The position numbers were made by a program, and so were the translations under genes. Under the pieces are notes generated by a model. It ran no database searches and was not told where the DNA came from. It was given only the letters and a program-made list of their open reading frames with translations. 48,273 bases of DNA, taken from positions 1 through 48,273 of the forward strand of contig CAYFPJ010000007.1 of assembly GCA_964344965.1 (NCBI GenBank), in the 5' to 3' direction. Positions 1 through 8,955 of this stretch are shown here, piece by piece (within the stretch, counting starts at the first letter, position 1; each line of letters starts with the position of its first letter). The DNA comes from an uncultured Gammaproteobacteria bacterium (GTDB lineage: Bacteria; Patescibacteriota; Patescibacteriia; Magasanikbacterales; UBA922).

Positions 1-22
1 ATTAAAAATTGTAAATTAACAT

Positions 23-40
23 ATGGTACCGTAGCCAAGT
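23..40 (+). repeat. 18-nt direct repeat duplicating the 5' end of the downstream tRNA-Cys gene (partner at 120-137)
   Basis: atggtaccgtagccaagt occurs at 23-40 and again at 120-137, where it starts the intact tRNA. Confidence 0.8.
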
Positions 41-121
41 TCCGCCTACAAAAGGTTTCGGCGGACAGGGTCCAGGCATAGATCTGTCAAACCCACAAAT
101 CGCTACGGCACAGTACAACAT

Positions 122-196
<75 letters not shown>

Positions 197-231
197 AAAC
201 AACAGTTGACAATTAACCCTTAACAATTAAC

Positions 232-258
232 AAACCCGACAATGAGTCGGGTTTGTTT
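232..258. terminator. Hairpin terminator between tRNA-Cys and the convergent 3D-domain gene
   Basis: aaacccgac / gtcgggttt, a 9-bp perfect stem with 5-nt loop, followed by a T-rich tract. Confidence 0.6.
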
Positions 259-294
259 GGTAAAAGTCAATTGTAAATTGTTAATAGTCAATTG

Positions 295-825
295 TTATTT
301 AGAATACACTTCCATCTTCATACTCTTCACCCCAAAAGCAATGGCCTTTTTCTTGGCTTCAGCCACTATCTCCGGAGTTGTAGGCGCTGGGGACCCAACC
401 CAAAAATCTATTCTGTTGGTACCATTATACCTAGCGTTCATTCTGTCTCGTACCGTAAAAATCTTATCGCCATAAACTTCTGGAAATCTCACCTGGGTTC
501 CGAGAGGAAGAAAATTGGCAGCAATAGTGTCCTCAAGACCATGTTCTTCGTAATTTTCACAAAGATTAAATTTCCACATCGCTGGTAGACAGGGAGTATT
601 GTCTGTCTGACGAGGGTCACTAGAAAAACTAGTAGCATAGACCCACTGCTCCCAAGCTGGCTCCACGTCACCACTCCTAGGGTAAGACGCACCACTCTGT
701 CGATCAAAAAAATCAAAAACCTTGGCTTCAGCTGATTCCACCCTCGGCACAGAGAAAACAACAAGGGCTAAAATAATAAAACCGGTACTTATGCTATTCA
801 ATTTTCCAAATTTTCTATTATTCAT
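295..825 (-). CDS. Secreted or membrane-anchored 3D-domain (RlpA/MltA-like) cell-wall protein
   Basis: ORF 295..858. Start taken at MNNRKFGKL because it precedes a hydrophobic anchor (alternative start 858). C-terminal DTIAAN...LPLGTQV...VRDRM...IDFWV resembles the 3D domain. Confidence 0.6.
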   Translation of the reverse strand: MNNRKFGKLNSISTGFIILALVVFSVPRVESAEAKVFDFFDRQSGASYPRSGDVEPAWEQWVYATSFSSDPRQTDNTPCLPAMWKFNLCENYEEHGLEDTIAANFLPLGTQVRFPEVYGDKIFTVRDRMNARYNGTNRIDFWVGSPAPTTPEIVAEAKKKAIAFGVKSMKMEVYSK

Positions 826-1005
826 AATATCAAAATTAGATACAAGTTTGTCCGGCACACCTCCGGGGAATAAAATGGATCGGAGGGCAGAGCCGAAAAA
901 AATTCAAAACCCTAGTATAATACTAGGGATGTGAGCTCTTTTTTTGATTGCCGGAGTATAGCATAATGACGCCACTTTGTCAATGTGGTACAATATACAC
1001 AACTC

Positions 1006-1033
1006 TTGACAAATAAGAAAAAATAGCTAAAAT
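1006..1033 (+). promoter_or_regulatory. Sigma70-type promoter upstream of the PBP gene
   Basis: TTGACA (1006-1011), 16-nt spacer, TAAAAT (1028-1033); ATG at 1043. Confidence 0.5.
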
Positions 1034-1042
1034 AAGCTAATT

Positions 1043-4039
1043 ATGAAAAAGAAAGATTTCCACAGTCGCTCTTATGGTTATACCAACAAAGAAGCACCCA
1101 AAACCCCAAAGGCGACTCCAAAACCAAAGCAGATCAAGCCACTCAAAAAAAGAACTAAGAAAAAACCTCCCGTTGATCTTACCAAAATACTACTTTACCC
1201 TTTTCAAATCCTAGGTTGGATTTTGGTAAACATATGGAAATTGTGGAAAAAAAGACCAAAACTAAGCAAAAAAAAGAAAAAATCTCTACGAAAAAAAACA
1301 AAAAAAATCTTCATCTGGGGAAGTGTCATGGGAATAATGTCTGTTTTCATTTTATTTGCCTGGGCCGGTAAAGACCTCCCAGACCCAGACAAACTTACAG
1401 ACCGTCAAGTGGCCGAAAGTACCAAAATATATGATCGAACAGGAGAGCACTTACTGTATGAAATATTTGCCGATAAAAAAAGAACCATAGTGGAGTTGGA
1501 AGAAATCCCCCAACACCTCATTGACGGAGTGATTGCCACCGAAGATAGTAAATTTTATGAACACAAAGGAATACGACCTCTTAGTATGCTCCGCGCTGTA
1601 GTGATGGGACTACTACCTGGAAAAAGAGTGGCTGGCACATCTACCCTAACCCAACAGCTAGTCAAAAATGCAATTCTCACCAACGAAAGAAAAATTAGTC
1701 GCAAAATAAAAGAGGTGATCCTATCTGTACAGTTGGAACAAAAATTTGATAAAGACCAAATTTTAAAAATTTACTTCAACGAAATACCCTACGGCTCCAC
1801 CAACTATGGAATAGAGTCGGCTTCTCAGAGTTATTTTGGAAAACATGTTTCAGACTTAGACCTACAAGAGTCAGCCACTTTGGCAGGATTACCAAAAGCC
1901 CCCTCCAGATATCTCAAAGACAGCGAATCACTAAAAACCAGGAGAGACTTTGTGCTCCGAAGAATGCATGAAGAGGGATACATCACAGAAGAAGAAAAAA
2001 AAGAAGCCCAAAACATGCCGGTGACACTAGAGAGGCGCTTCGGCAACATCAAAGCTCCTCACTTTGTCCTTTATGTCAAAGAGAAATTAGTTGAAGAATA
2101 TGGAGAACAGGTCGTGGACACTGGCGGCCTAAAGGTGTTGACCACCCTTGACTGGGACAAGCAACAGGCAGCAGAAAAGGCTGTATTAGAGGTTGGGGAA
2201 GAAGTGCTGGCTGCAGCAGAAGCAGACAACACTTCTCTGGTAGCTCTAGATCCCAAAACTGGCCACATCTTGGCAATGGTGGGGTCACGTGATTTTGAGA
2301 ATGAAGAAATTGACGGACAGTTCAATGTTGCCACACTAGGAAGAAGGCAACCAGGATCTTCCTTTAAACCAATCGTCTATACAGCAGCCTTCGAAAAAGG
2401 ATATACTCCTGAAACAGTATTATTTGATGTTATCACAAATTTTGCAGCCTCTGGAAAACCATACCAACCTCTCAACTACGACTTACAAGAACATGGACCA
2501 GTGACAATGCGTCAAGCTCTCCAAGGATCACTAAATATCCCATCAGTAAAAACTTTGTATTTAGTAGGAGCAAAAAAGGGAGTGGAGTTTGCTGAACGTC
2601 TTGGGTACAGCACTTTCAGGACAGGAGACTTCGGTCTTTCTCTGGTATTGGGTGGTGGAGAAGTGAGGCCAATCGAACATATCAATGCCTTTGCAATCCT
2701 GGCCAACGGTGGGGTGAGGCACAAGCCAACAAGCATTCTGAGGGTGGAGGACAACACAAAAGAAATTTTGGCAGAGTGGAAAAAGACAAAAGGTGAAAAA
2801 GTCCTAGACACAGAAATAACAAACACCATTTCAAACGTTTTAAGTGATGATGGGGCCAGAGCATATGCTTTTGGTGGAGGAGGAATACTAACCTTGCCAG
2901 GAAGGCCGGTGGCGGCAAAGACCGGAACAACAAACAACTACGTAGATGCCTGGACAGTGGGATACACCCCCAGCCTGGTTGCCGGAGTGTGGGCTGGCAA
3001 CACCGACAACTCTCCAATGAAGCCAGGTTTTGGTGGAAGCAAGGTGGCTGCCCCAATCTGGAATGCCTTCATGAAAGAAGTACTACAAGGCACAAGTGTC
3101 GAAAGCTTCCCTCCAGCCCCCAAAAGTAAAACAAGTAAAGCAGTCCTAAACGGTTCGGCCGGAGGAGGCATAACCCTCAAAGTAGATAAGGTGACTGGAA
3201 AAATTGCCACCAGCTCCACACCAAAAAACTATATTGTAGAACGCACCTACACTCAGCCCCATTCCATTCTTCACTATGTTTACAAAGATGAACCGCAAGG
3301 AGAAACCCCAACAGAACCAAACAACGACCCTCAATATAGCATATGGGAGGCCGCCATTCAGGGTTGGATCAAAAGAAAACAGGAAGAAAACCCAGACTGG
3401 GAAATAAGTTTTGAAGAGCCGCCAACAGAGTACGACGACATCCACTCTCTAGAGCTGATCCCAACATTAGAGATAGTATCTCCAAGCGCAAGCTCTACAC
3501 TCGACACCAGACAGATTGATACTGATATCCGCGTTACTGCTCCACGAGGGGTGACTAAGGTTACCTATCGTCTAGATGGTAAATATGTAGGAGTAATCAG
3601 AGACCATCCTTTCAATCTGAACTATTATGCTGAATTTTTGGAACCAGGCGCCCACATCTTAACCATAATTGTAGAAGACGACGTTGGGAATAAACTAGAA
3701 GAATCTATCCCGTTCACGCTGGATGTGGAAACAAAGCAGCCAGAAATATCTTTTGCTCAGGACTATACAGAGCTCTTCTCTGAGGATTTCCCTAAAACCC
3801 TAGTCTTGAATCACTTCAAATTAAATGAAATAGAGGAAATAAAAATCTATTTAGAGAAAAACAATGGAGACAAAGAGCTCATAAAGGCAACGGATGATTT
3901 TTCCAATCTGTTCAACAACCAACTACTAGTAGAATGGAAAGAAAAACCAGAGACCGGAAAATACACACTAAAAATAGAAACAACAATCATTGGCGGTCAA
4001 TCAAAAATAAGTGATCATGCCGAAATAACAATAAAATAA
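1043..4039 (+). CDS. Class A penicillin-binding protein (glycosyltransferase GT51 + transpeptidase) with Lys-rich N-terminus and long C-terminal extension
   Basis: 998-aa ORF. GT51 motifs (ATEDSKFYEHKGI, RKIKE), transpeptidase motifs (SSFKP, KTGTT), and an N-terminal TM segment. Confidence 0.9.
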   Translation: MKKKDFHSRSYGYTNKEAPKTPKATPKPKQIKPLKKRTKKKPPVDLTKILLYPFQILGWILVNIWKLWKKRPKLSKKKKKSLRKKTKKIFIWGSVMGIMSVFILFAWAGKDLPDPDKLTDRQVAESTKIYDRTGEHLLYEIFADKKRTIVELEEIPQHLIDGVIATEDSKFYEHKGIRPLSMLRAVVMGLLPGKRVAGTSTLTQQLVKNAILTNERKISRKIKEVILSVQLEQKFDKDQILKIYFNEIPYGSTNYGIESASQSYFGKHVSDLDLQESATLAGLPKAPSRYLKDSESLKTRRDFVLRRMHEEGYITEEEKKEAQNMPVTLERRFGNIKAPHFVLYVKEKLVEEYGEQVVDTGGLKVLTTLDWDKQQAAEKAVLEVGEEVLAAAEADNTSLVALDPKTGHILAMVGSRDFENEEIDGQFNVATLGRRQPGSSFKPIVYTAAFEKGYTPETVLFDVITNFAASGKPYQPLNYDLQEHGPVTMRQALQGSLNIPSVKTLYLVGAKKGVEFAERLGYSTFRTGDFGLSLVLGGGEVRPIEHINAFAILANGGVRHKPTSILRVEDNTKEILAEWKKTKGEKVLDTEITNTISNVLSDDGARAYAFGGGGILTLPGRPVAAKTGTTNNYVDAWTVGYTPSLVAGVWAGNTDNSPMKPGFGGSKVAAPIWNAFMKEVLQGTSVESFPPAPKSKTSKAVLNGSAGGGITLKVDKVTGKIATSSTPKNYIVERTYTQPHSILHYVYKDEPQGETPTEPNNDPQYSIWEAAIQGWIKRKQEENPDWEISFEEPPTEYDDIHSLELIPTLEIVSPSASSTLDTRQIDTDIRVTAPRGVTKVTYRLDGKYVGVIRDHPFNLNYYAEFLEPGAHILTIIVEDDVGNKLEESIPFTLDVETKQPEISFAQDYTELFSEDFPKTLVLNHFKLNEIEEIKIYLEKNNGDKELIKATDDFSNLFNNQLLVEWKEKPETGKYTLKIETTIIGGQSKISDHAEITIK

Positions 4040-4040
4040 T

Positions 4041-4289
4041 ATGAAAAAAATAAACGAACGCAAAACAAATATTTTCAAAAACATTGCCATAATAATATTT
4101 GGGGCAATCATCTACCCATCAATCAACTCTAGCCTACACTCCACAAGCCCCGAAAGCATAGACGGATACCTCATGATAGTCAGTATCCTAATAGTTACAG
4201 CATGTTTTGCAAATTTTGCCTTTAGCCATGAAAACACAAAAAAACAATGCAGGGCGTACTATTGTCCCATTTTACAACCTTTATTCTGA
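4041..4289 (+). CDS. Small hydrophobic protein, possibly the 5' half of a frameshifted 4-TM membrane protein
   Basis: 82-aa ORF with two hydrophobic segments. It overlaps the next ORF by 43 nt around an A7 run (4238-4244). Confidence 0.4.
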   Translation: MKKINERKTNIFKNIAIIIFGAIIYPSINSSLHSTSPESIDGYLMIVSILIVTACFANFAFSHENTKKQCRAYYCPILQPLF

Positions 4290-4438
4290 TGCTACTAATA
4301 TTAATCTTACTTGAAATTTTGGTTGTGTCATCAAAAATTGTATATCCAGAACTTTATAGCACGACCTTACTGATCGCCACCCTTCTTTATTTGGGTACGG
4401 CTTTATATGATTTTTGGGACATAGAGCGCCTAAGGTAA
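4247..4438 (+). CDS. Small hydrophobic protein, possibly the 3' half of the same membrane protein
   Basis: 63-aa ORF with two hydrophobic segments. One extra A in the A7 run would fuse it to 4041..4289. Confidence 0.4.
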   Translation: MQGVLLSHFTTFILMLLILILLEILVVSSKIVYPELYSTTLLIATLLYLGTALYDFWDIERLR

Positions 4439-4454
4439 AACAAAAGAGATCTAA

Positions 4455-4488
4455 TAAAAAAACACCCGCCTCATTACGGGTGTTTTTA
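4455..4488. terminator. Bidirectional rho-independent terminator
   Basis: A-run, aacacccg / cgggtgtt stem with 8-nt loop, then T-run. Lies between convergent genes. Confidence 0.75.
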
Positions 4489-4498
4489 TCCCAAAGCA

Positions 4499-5623
4499 CT
4501 ATTGCCGAATCGGCATCACCACATAAAGATAATCTTCTTTTCCTTTCGGACGAAACAAGCACGGAGCATCTCCAGTATTAACACAAAATTCCACCCTCTC
4601 AGTTGTTATTTGTTGCAGACCATCCAAAACATAGCGGTGATTTAGCAATATTGAATTTTCCTCCCCCACGATCTCCACATCCACCTCAGAAGAATGCTCT
4701 CCCGTCTGAGTACTGGTAGAAGAAATACCAACAGTATTATTGCTCACGTTTAGATCAAAAGATACTGCATTCACCCCAACCGAAGTAAAGAGGCTGGCGG
4801 CTTTTATTTTTTTTATCAAACCATCGGCTGAGAGGGTTGCGGTAGTATTAAAATTATCGGGAATTATTTGAGTGTAGTCTGGATATTTTCCACTCACAAC
4901 ACGACTACTCATCTCAAATTCACCATAACGAACAGCAACTTGATTTTCACTCACCCAAACCCGCACCACCGACTCCACCTCCGACCCAGCTGCCCCACTC
5001 AAAAGTCTTCCAATCTCATGAACAGTCCTGAAAGGAACAATACACTCAAAAACATCCTGCCCTTGGGCAACTGATATTTTTTTTTCAGCCAGACGATAAG
5101 AGTCTGTTGCAGCCAACACCAGGCCAGAATACCGCTCACTAAAAAAACTAAAATAAACACCTGAAAGCTCTGGGCGAATCTCATTTTTGGCTGTAGCAAT
5201 TGCCACCTGGGACAGGGCTTTTTTAAAAGGTTCTACTGCCAAGCTGTATCCGTGCTGCTCTTCTATGTCCGGAATAACAGGATACTCTTCAGGAGAGCTT
5301 CCTTTTATTTTTGTATTTGAAGAACCGCAGGTTATCAACATCTCATTCCCTTGGAGCTCCATTTCAATCTGCTCTTCCGTAAGAAGATTTACATAATCAG
5401 ACAGTGTTTTTGCGGGTATAGTAAAACCACCTTCTCTCTCTGTCTTTGCTCTAAAAGAAGTCTTCACGGCAATTTCAAGGTTGGTAGATATTAATTCAAC
5501 TTGTGATTCTCTAACCTGAAATAAAATGTTTAGTAGGATGGGAAGGTTGACATGCTTTTGAGCAACACCTCCTACTATGCCTAGGGCACGGGAAAGGTTT
5601 TCTTTTGTGCAGGTGAATTTCAT
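4499..5623 (-). CDS. dnaN: DNA polymerase III beta subunit (sliding clamp)
   Basis: 374-aa ORF with typical DnaN N-terminus (MKFTCTKENL...) and length, immediately downstream of dnaA. Confidence 0.93.
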   Translation of the reverse strand: MKFTCTKENLSRALGIVGGVAQKHVNLPILLNILFQVRESQVELISTNLEIAVKTSFRAKTEREGGFTIPAKTLSDYVNLLTEEQIEMELQGNEMLITCGSSNTKIKGSSPEEYPVIPDIEEQHGYSLAVEPFKKALSQVAIATAKNEIRPELSGVYFSFFSERYSGLVLAATDSYRLAEKKISVAQGQDVFECIVPFRTVHEIGRLLSGAAGSEVESVVRVWVSENQVAVRYGEFEMSSRVVSGKYPDYTQIIPDNFNTTATLSADGLIKKIKAASLFTSVGVNAVSFDLNVSNNTVGISSTSTQTGEHSSEVDVEIVGEENSILLNHRYVLDGLQQITTERVEFCVNTGDAPCLFRPKGKEDYLYVVMPIRQ

Positions 5624-5688
5624 AATTCCAACATCAATTATATAGTAATATTTTTTAAAATTGAATTAGTAGTAAGGGGTGTTGATAG

Positions 5689-5697
5689 TGTGGATAA
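5689..5697. promoter_or_regulatory. Perfect DnaA box in the dnaA-dnaN spacer
   Basis: TGTGGATAA is the reverse complement of the consensus TTATCCACA. Confidence 0.6.
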
Positions 5698-5879
5698 AGC
5701 CTTTTTTTGTTTTATTTTGGCGAAAAATTTGTGTTTGGGGGTGTGTACTTTTTGTTTATTTTTTTGTGTTATAAATGTTTATATCTTTTGGTCTTGTTTT
5801 TTGGGTGTTAGTTTTGTGTTGATAACTGGTTTTTTTATGCAGTGTTTGTGTTGGTTTTGTTAACATCTTTTGGTTAATT

Positions 5880-7259
5880 TTACACAGCATCTGTGTAAAG
5901 TCTTTGTTTTATGTTTGCGATATCTTGTTTCAATTTTAAGTCGTCTTCGATGTTGGTGCTAATTTTTGTGTGAGCGTGCATTGCTGTTGTGTGATCTCTT
6001 CCTCCGAGTTCTCCTCCGATTGCAGGGTATGACATTTTTAATTCTTCTCGTAATAGATACATTATGATCTGACGAGGAAAGGCCAGTCTTTTTTCTCTGC
6101 TTTTACCTAGAACATCTTCTGTGGAGATATCAAAGAAGTTTACCACTGTGTTTATCATCTCTCTCGGTGTCACGGATTTTCTTGTACCCTGATTTTCAAA
6201 GCTCGAGAGAAGGGATTTGATACTCTCTTTTGTTGGTTCCATGTTTTTTAGTTCGTGAAAGGCGATTATTTTATTGAGAGCACCTTCTAGTTCTCGGATA
6301 TTGCTTTGTACTGTGGCTGCGACAACATTGGTGAGATTTTCGGAGAGAGAAAAATTCTTTTCCTGGCACTTGGATTGTAAAATAGCTGTTCTGGTTTCCA
6401 GGTCTGGACTAGAAACGTCAACAATCATTCCCCACTCGAATCTACTGCGCAGGCGGTCCTCGAGAGCTGGAATGGCTTTTGGTGGTCGATCACTTGTCAT
6501 CACCACCTGCTTCCCTTGTTGGTGTAGCTCGTTGAAGGTGTGGAAGAATTCTTCCTGTGTCTGTTCTTTTCCACCAATAAACTGAATATCATCGATGAGA
6601 AGTAGATCTAAATTGCGGTAACGCTCTTTAAATTCTTTTGCCTTCCCCTCTTTTATTGAGCTTACAAATTCGTTAGTGAATTTTTCTGAACTGACGTATA
6701 GAATTTTGGTCTTAGGGTCTCTCTCTATCATCACATTGCCAATGGCTTGTAAGAGGTGTGTTTTGCCAAGACCTACACCACCATATATAAATAGGGGGTT
6801 GTAAGCTTCGCCTGGACGGTCGCTGGCAGCCTTGGAAGCGGCGTGAGCAAGTTCATTTCCTTTTCCAACTATGAATGTATCAAAAATATATTTTGGGTTG
6901 AGGCCAAACTGAGAGCCTGGACTGCCTTTTGGTTTGTGGTGTGCTGGGTTTTGCTTGTTATGCACAGGAGGGGTGCTGACAATGTGACACTCTTGCTCCT
7001 CGATGTGTTTTATGTTTTCAACCTTGTATTCTATCTTTTTAATTGCTTTGGTGGTGACGCGCTCTAAAACTTTTACAATGTCAGAGTGGTATTTTTTTTC
7101 TAGCCAGCTTTTTGTAAAAGCATTTGGCACGCAAATTATTACATGGCCTGCCTCATACTTTGCAATACCTGTGCTACGGAACCATGTTGTGAAGTTTGCT
7201 TTGGAAACTTTTAGCTCAAATTCTGCTAGTACTGCTTGCCAAATTTCATAATTTGTCAT
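5880..7259 (-). CDS. dnaA: Chromosomal replication initiator protein DnaA
   Basis: 459-aa ORF with Walker A GGVGLGKTHL, LLIDDIQF, and a C-terminal DNA-binding helix region (DHTTAMHA). Confidence 0.95.
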   Translation of the reverse strand: MTNYEIWQAVLAEFELKVSKANFTTWFRSTGIAKYEAGHVIICVPNAFTKSWLEKKYHSDIVKVLERVTTKAIKKIEYKVENIKHIEEQECHIVSTPPVHNKQNPAHHKPKGSPGSQFGLNPKYIFDTFIVGKGNELAHAASKAASDRPGEAYNPLFIYGGVGLGKTHLLQAIGNVMIERDPKTKILYVSSEKFTNEFVSSIKEGKAKEFKERYRNLDLLLIDDIQFIGGKEQTQEEFFHTFNELHQQGKQVVMTSDRPPKAIPALEDRLRSRFEWGMIVDVSSPDLETRTAILQSKCQEKNFSLSENLTNVVAATVQSNIRELEGALNKIIAFHELKNMEPTKESIKSLLSSFENQGTRKSVTPREMINTVVNFFDISTEDVLGKSREKRLAFPRQIIMYLLREELKMSYPAIGGELGGRDHTTAMHAHTKISTNIEDDLKLKQDIANIKQRLYTDAV

Positions 7260-7392
7260 AGGTGGAAGTTTTTAGCTGTCGTTTGTTGGTATTTTTTATT
7301 AGAGACAGGCTTTTTTAAGTTTTATTTTTATTATGTACAATCAATTTTAGCACACTATTAGGTTCTAAAAAATGGCTTAAAATAGCTAAAAA

Positions 7393-7470
7393 GTGGGTAA
7401 GGTGTGGAAAGACTGTGGATGGTGGGGATAAGATTATTATTATGTTTCAGGTTATATTATTATTTGTCTT
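7393..7470. promoter_or_regulatory. Candidate oriC core: phased DnaA-box-like 9-mers followed by an AT-rich tract
   Basis: tgtggaaag (7403), tgtggatgg (7414) and tggggataa (7423) share one orientation at 9-11 nt spacing. They are followed by attattattatgtttcaggttatattattatt. The site lies between divergent dnaA and rpmH. Confidence 0.55.
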
Positions 7471-7497
7471 TTGCCAACCTCCTTTTGGTCCGTAGTC

Positions 7498-7526
7498 TTG
7501 ACATTTTTGATAAATTTCGATATAAT
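7498..7526 (+). promoter_or_regulatory. Consensus sigma70 promoter for rpmH
   Basis: TTGACA (7498-7503), 17-nt spacer, TATAAT (7521-7526). Confidence 0.65.
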
Positions 7527-7585
7527 TATCCCGCTTTATATTATTCCTAGCTTATTGTTGAGCTGGTACCAAGAGTGATAAAAAT

Positions 7586-7762
7586 ATGCCTAAAAGAACT
7601 TATCAACCAAAAAAACGTAAAAGAGCCAAAGCACACGGGTTTCGTTCTCGTATGAAGACCAAAGACGGGCGTGATGTTTTGAAGAGACGTCGTCGAAAGG
7701 CTCGCAAAAAGCTAACTGTTAGTGATGAGAAGACTGGTAAAAGAACCAGAAAAACACGATAA
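7586..7762 (+). CDS. rpmH: 50S ribosomal protein L34
   Basis: Not in the ORF track because it is under 60 aa. Hand translation gives [58 protein letters not shown]. It holds the classic position upstream of rnpA. Confidence 0.9.
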   Translation: MPKRTYQPKKRKRAKAHGFRSRMKTKDGRDVLKRRRRKARKKLTVSDEKTGKRTRKTR

Positions 7763-7795
7763 TTAGCTTATTTTAGCGAAATTTTATCTAACAAG

Positions 7796-7819
7796 ACCTC
7801 GTTTCGACGAGGTTTTTGT
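7796..7819 (+). terminator. Hairpin plus T-run after rpmH
   Basis: acctcgt-ttcg-acgaggt followed by tttttg. Confidence 0.6.
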
Positions 7820-7947
7820 GTTATACTCCTTGACAAGAGACAACATACAAATAATAAAATACAAAAATTATTGGAATTTGCTTTTTATTTGAAAAGACTG
7901 ATCTTTTGTATCTTTTTATGTGTATTTTTTATATTGCCCACTAAAAT

Positions 7948-8331
7948 ATGTTACCTAGAGAAAATCGCCTACGTAAAATGAAAGAATGGGAAATCCTCTT
8001 CCAAGAGGGGCGTTTTGTGGCTGGTAAATTGGTAAATTTGAAGATTTGGGAAGTCAACCCAGCCAAATATCCCAAGAGAGATTTTTCTACTGGAGATTTG
8101 AAGATTGGCTTTGCTGTGGGGCTTAAGATTAGTAAGAGTGCCGTCAAGCGTAATAGGGTCAAGAGGCAGATGAGAGAGGTCGTCCGCCTTCTTTTGAAAG
8201 AAAATAAGCTAAAACAAGGCTTTTTTGTGGGAGTTTTGGCGAAATCTGAGATTGTTGGTAGTGAATATGGTGAGATTGAGAAAGATATTAAGGGGGTTTT
8301 GGTCAAAGCGAGAATACTGAACAAAAATTAG
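7948..8331 (+). CDS. rnpA: Ribonuclease P protein component
   Basis: 127-aa basic ORF (LPRENRLRK...) with conserved rpmH-rnpA-yidD synteny. Confidence 0.85.
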   Translation: MLPRENRLRKMKEWEILFQEGRFVAGKLVNLKIWEVNPAKYPKRDFSTGDLKIGFAVGLKISKSAVKRNRVKRQMREVVRLLLKENKLKQGFFVGVLAKSEIVGSEYGEIEKDIKGVLVKARILNKN

Positions 8332-8337
8332 GCAAAT

Positions 8338-8604
8338 ATGAGGCAAATACTAAAAAAAATATTATATATCCCTCGCCTACCCTTCCTCTGGCTGATCAGA
8401 ATTTATCAAAAAATACTTTCACCAGACCACAGTTTTTGGGCAAAGAGTAAGAATCCACATGGTTATTGCAAATTTACCCCGACCTGTAGTCAATATGGCT
8501 ATGAAGTAATAAAAAAAAGAGGAATACTTGTTGGTATTCCCAAAGCTGGATGGAGGATTTTGCGTTGCAATCCTTGGAATGAGGGGGGTGAAGATTTGCC
8601 ATAG
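8338..8604 (+). CDS. yidD: Membrane protein insertion efficiency factor YidD
   Basis: 88 aa with [20 protein letters not shown]...[10 protein letters not shown], the YidD signature. Confidence 0.88.
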   Translation: MRQILKKILYIPRLPFLWLIRIYQKILSPDHSFWAKSKNPHGYCKFTPTCSQYGYEVIKKRGILVGIPKAGWRILRCNPWNEGGEDLP

Positions 8605-8652
8605 GGCATGTAACATATATCATATAACAAATTTGACCGAAACTATTTTCTG

Positions 8653-8895
8653 TTACATGATTTGTGCTATATGACCACCAATTTCAATAATTTTATTTCT
8701 ACTCGTCATACCTTTGACGATTTTTATTTTACTTTTTGGGACGCCAAAATGCCCAGCGAGAAGTTCAATGAGTTTTTTATTAGCTTCTCCATCTACTGGA
8801 GCGGCAGTTAGTTTTATTTTCAATGTTCCATCTACCATTTCTCCAACCACTTTGTTTTGTGATGAGCGAGGGATTACTTTGATATTTATTTTCAT
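8653..8895 (-). CDS. DUF167 (YggU-like) protein
   Basis: MKINIKVIPRSSQNKV...APVDGEANKKLIELLAGHFGVPKSKIKIVKGMTSRNK matches the DUF167 pattern. Start taken at MKINIK (the ORF extends to 8922). Confidence 0.7.
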   Translation of the reverse strand: MKINIKVIPRSSQNKVVGEMVDGTLKIKLTAAPVDGEANKKLIELLAGHFGVPKSKIKIVKGMTSRNKIIEIGGHIAQIM

Positions 8896-8924
8896 ATAAT
8901 AAATAGTATAACACGCGGACAAAC

Positions 8925-8950
8925 AAAAAACGGACTCTCGCCCGTTTTTT
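8925..8950. terminator. Bidirectional terminator after tig
   Basis: aaaaacgg / ccgttttt stem with 8-nt loop, flanked by A- and T-runs. Confidence 0.65.
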
Positions 8951-8955
8951 TTATT

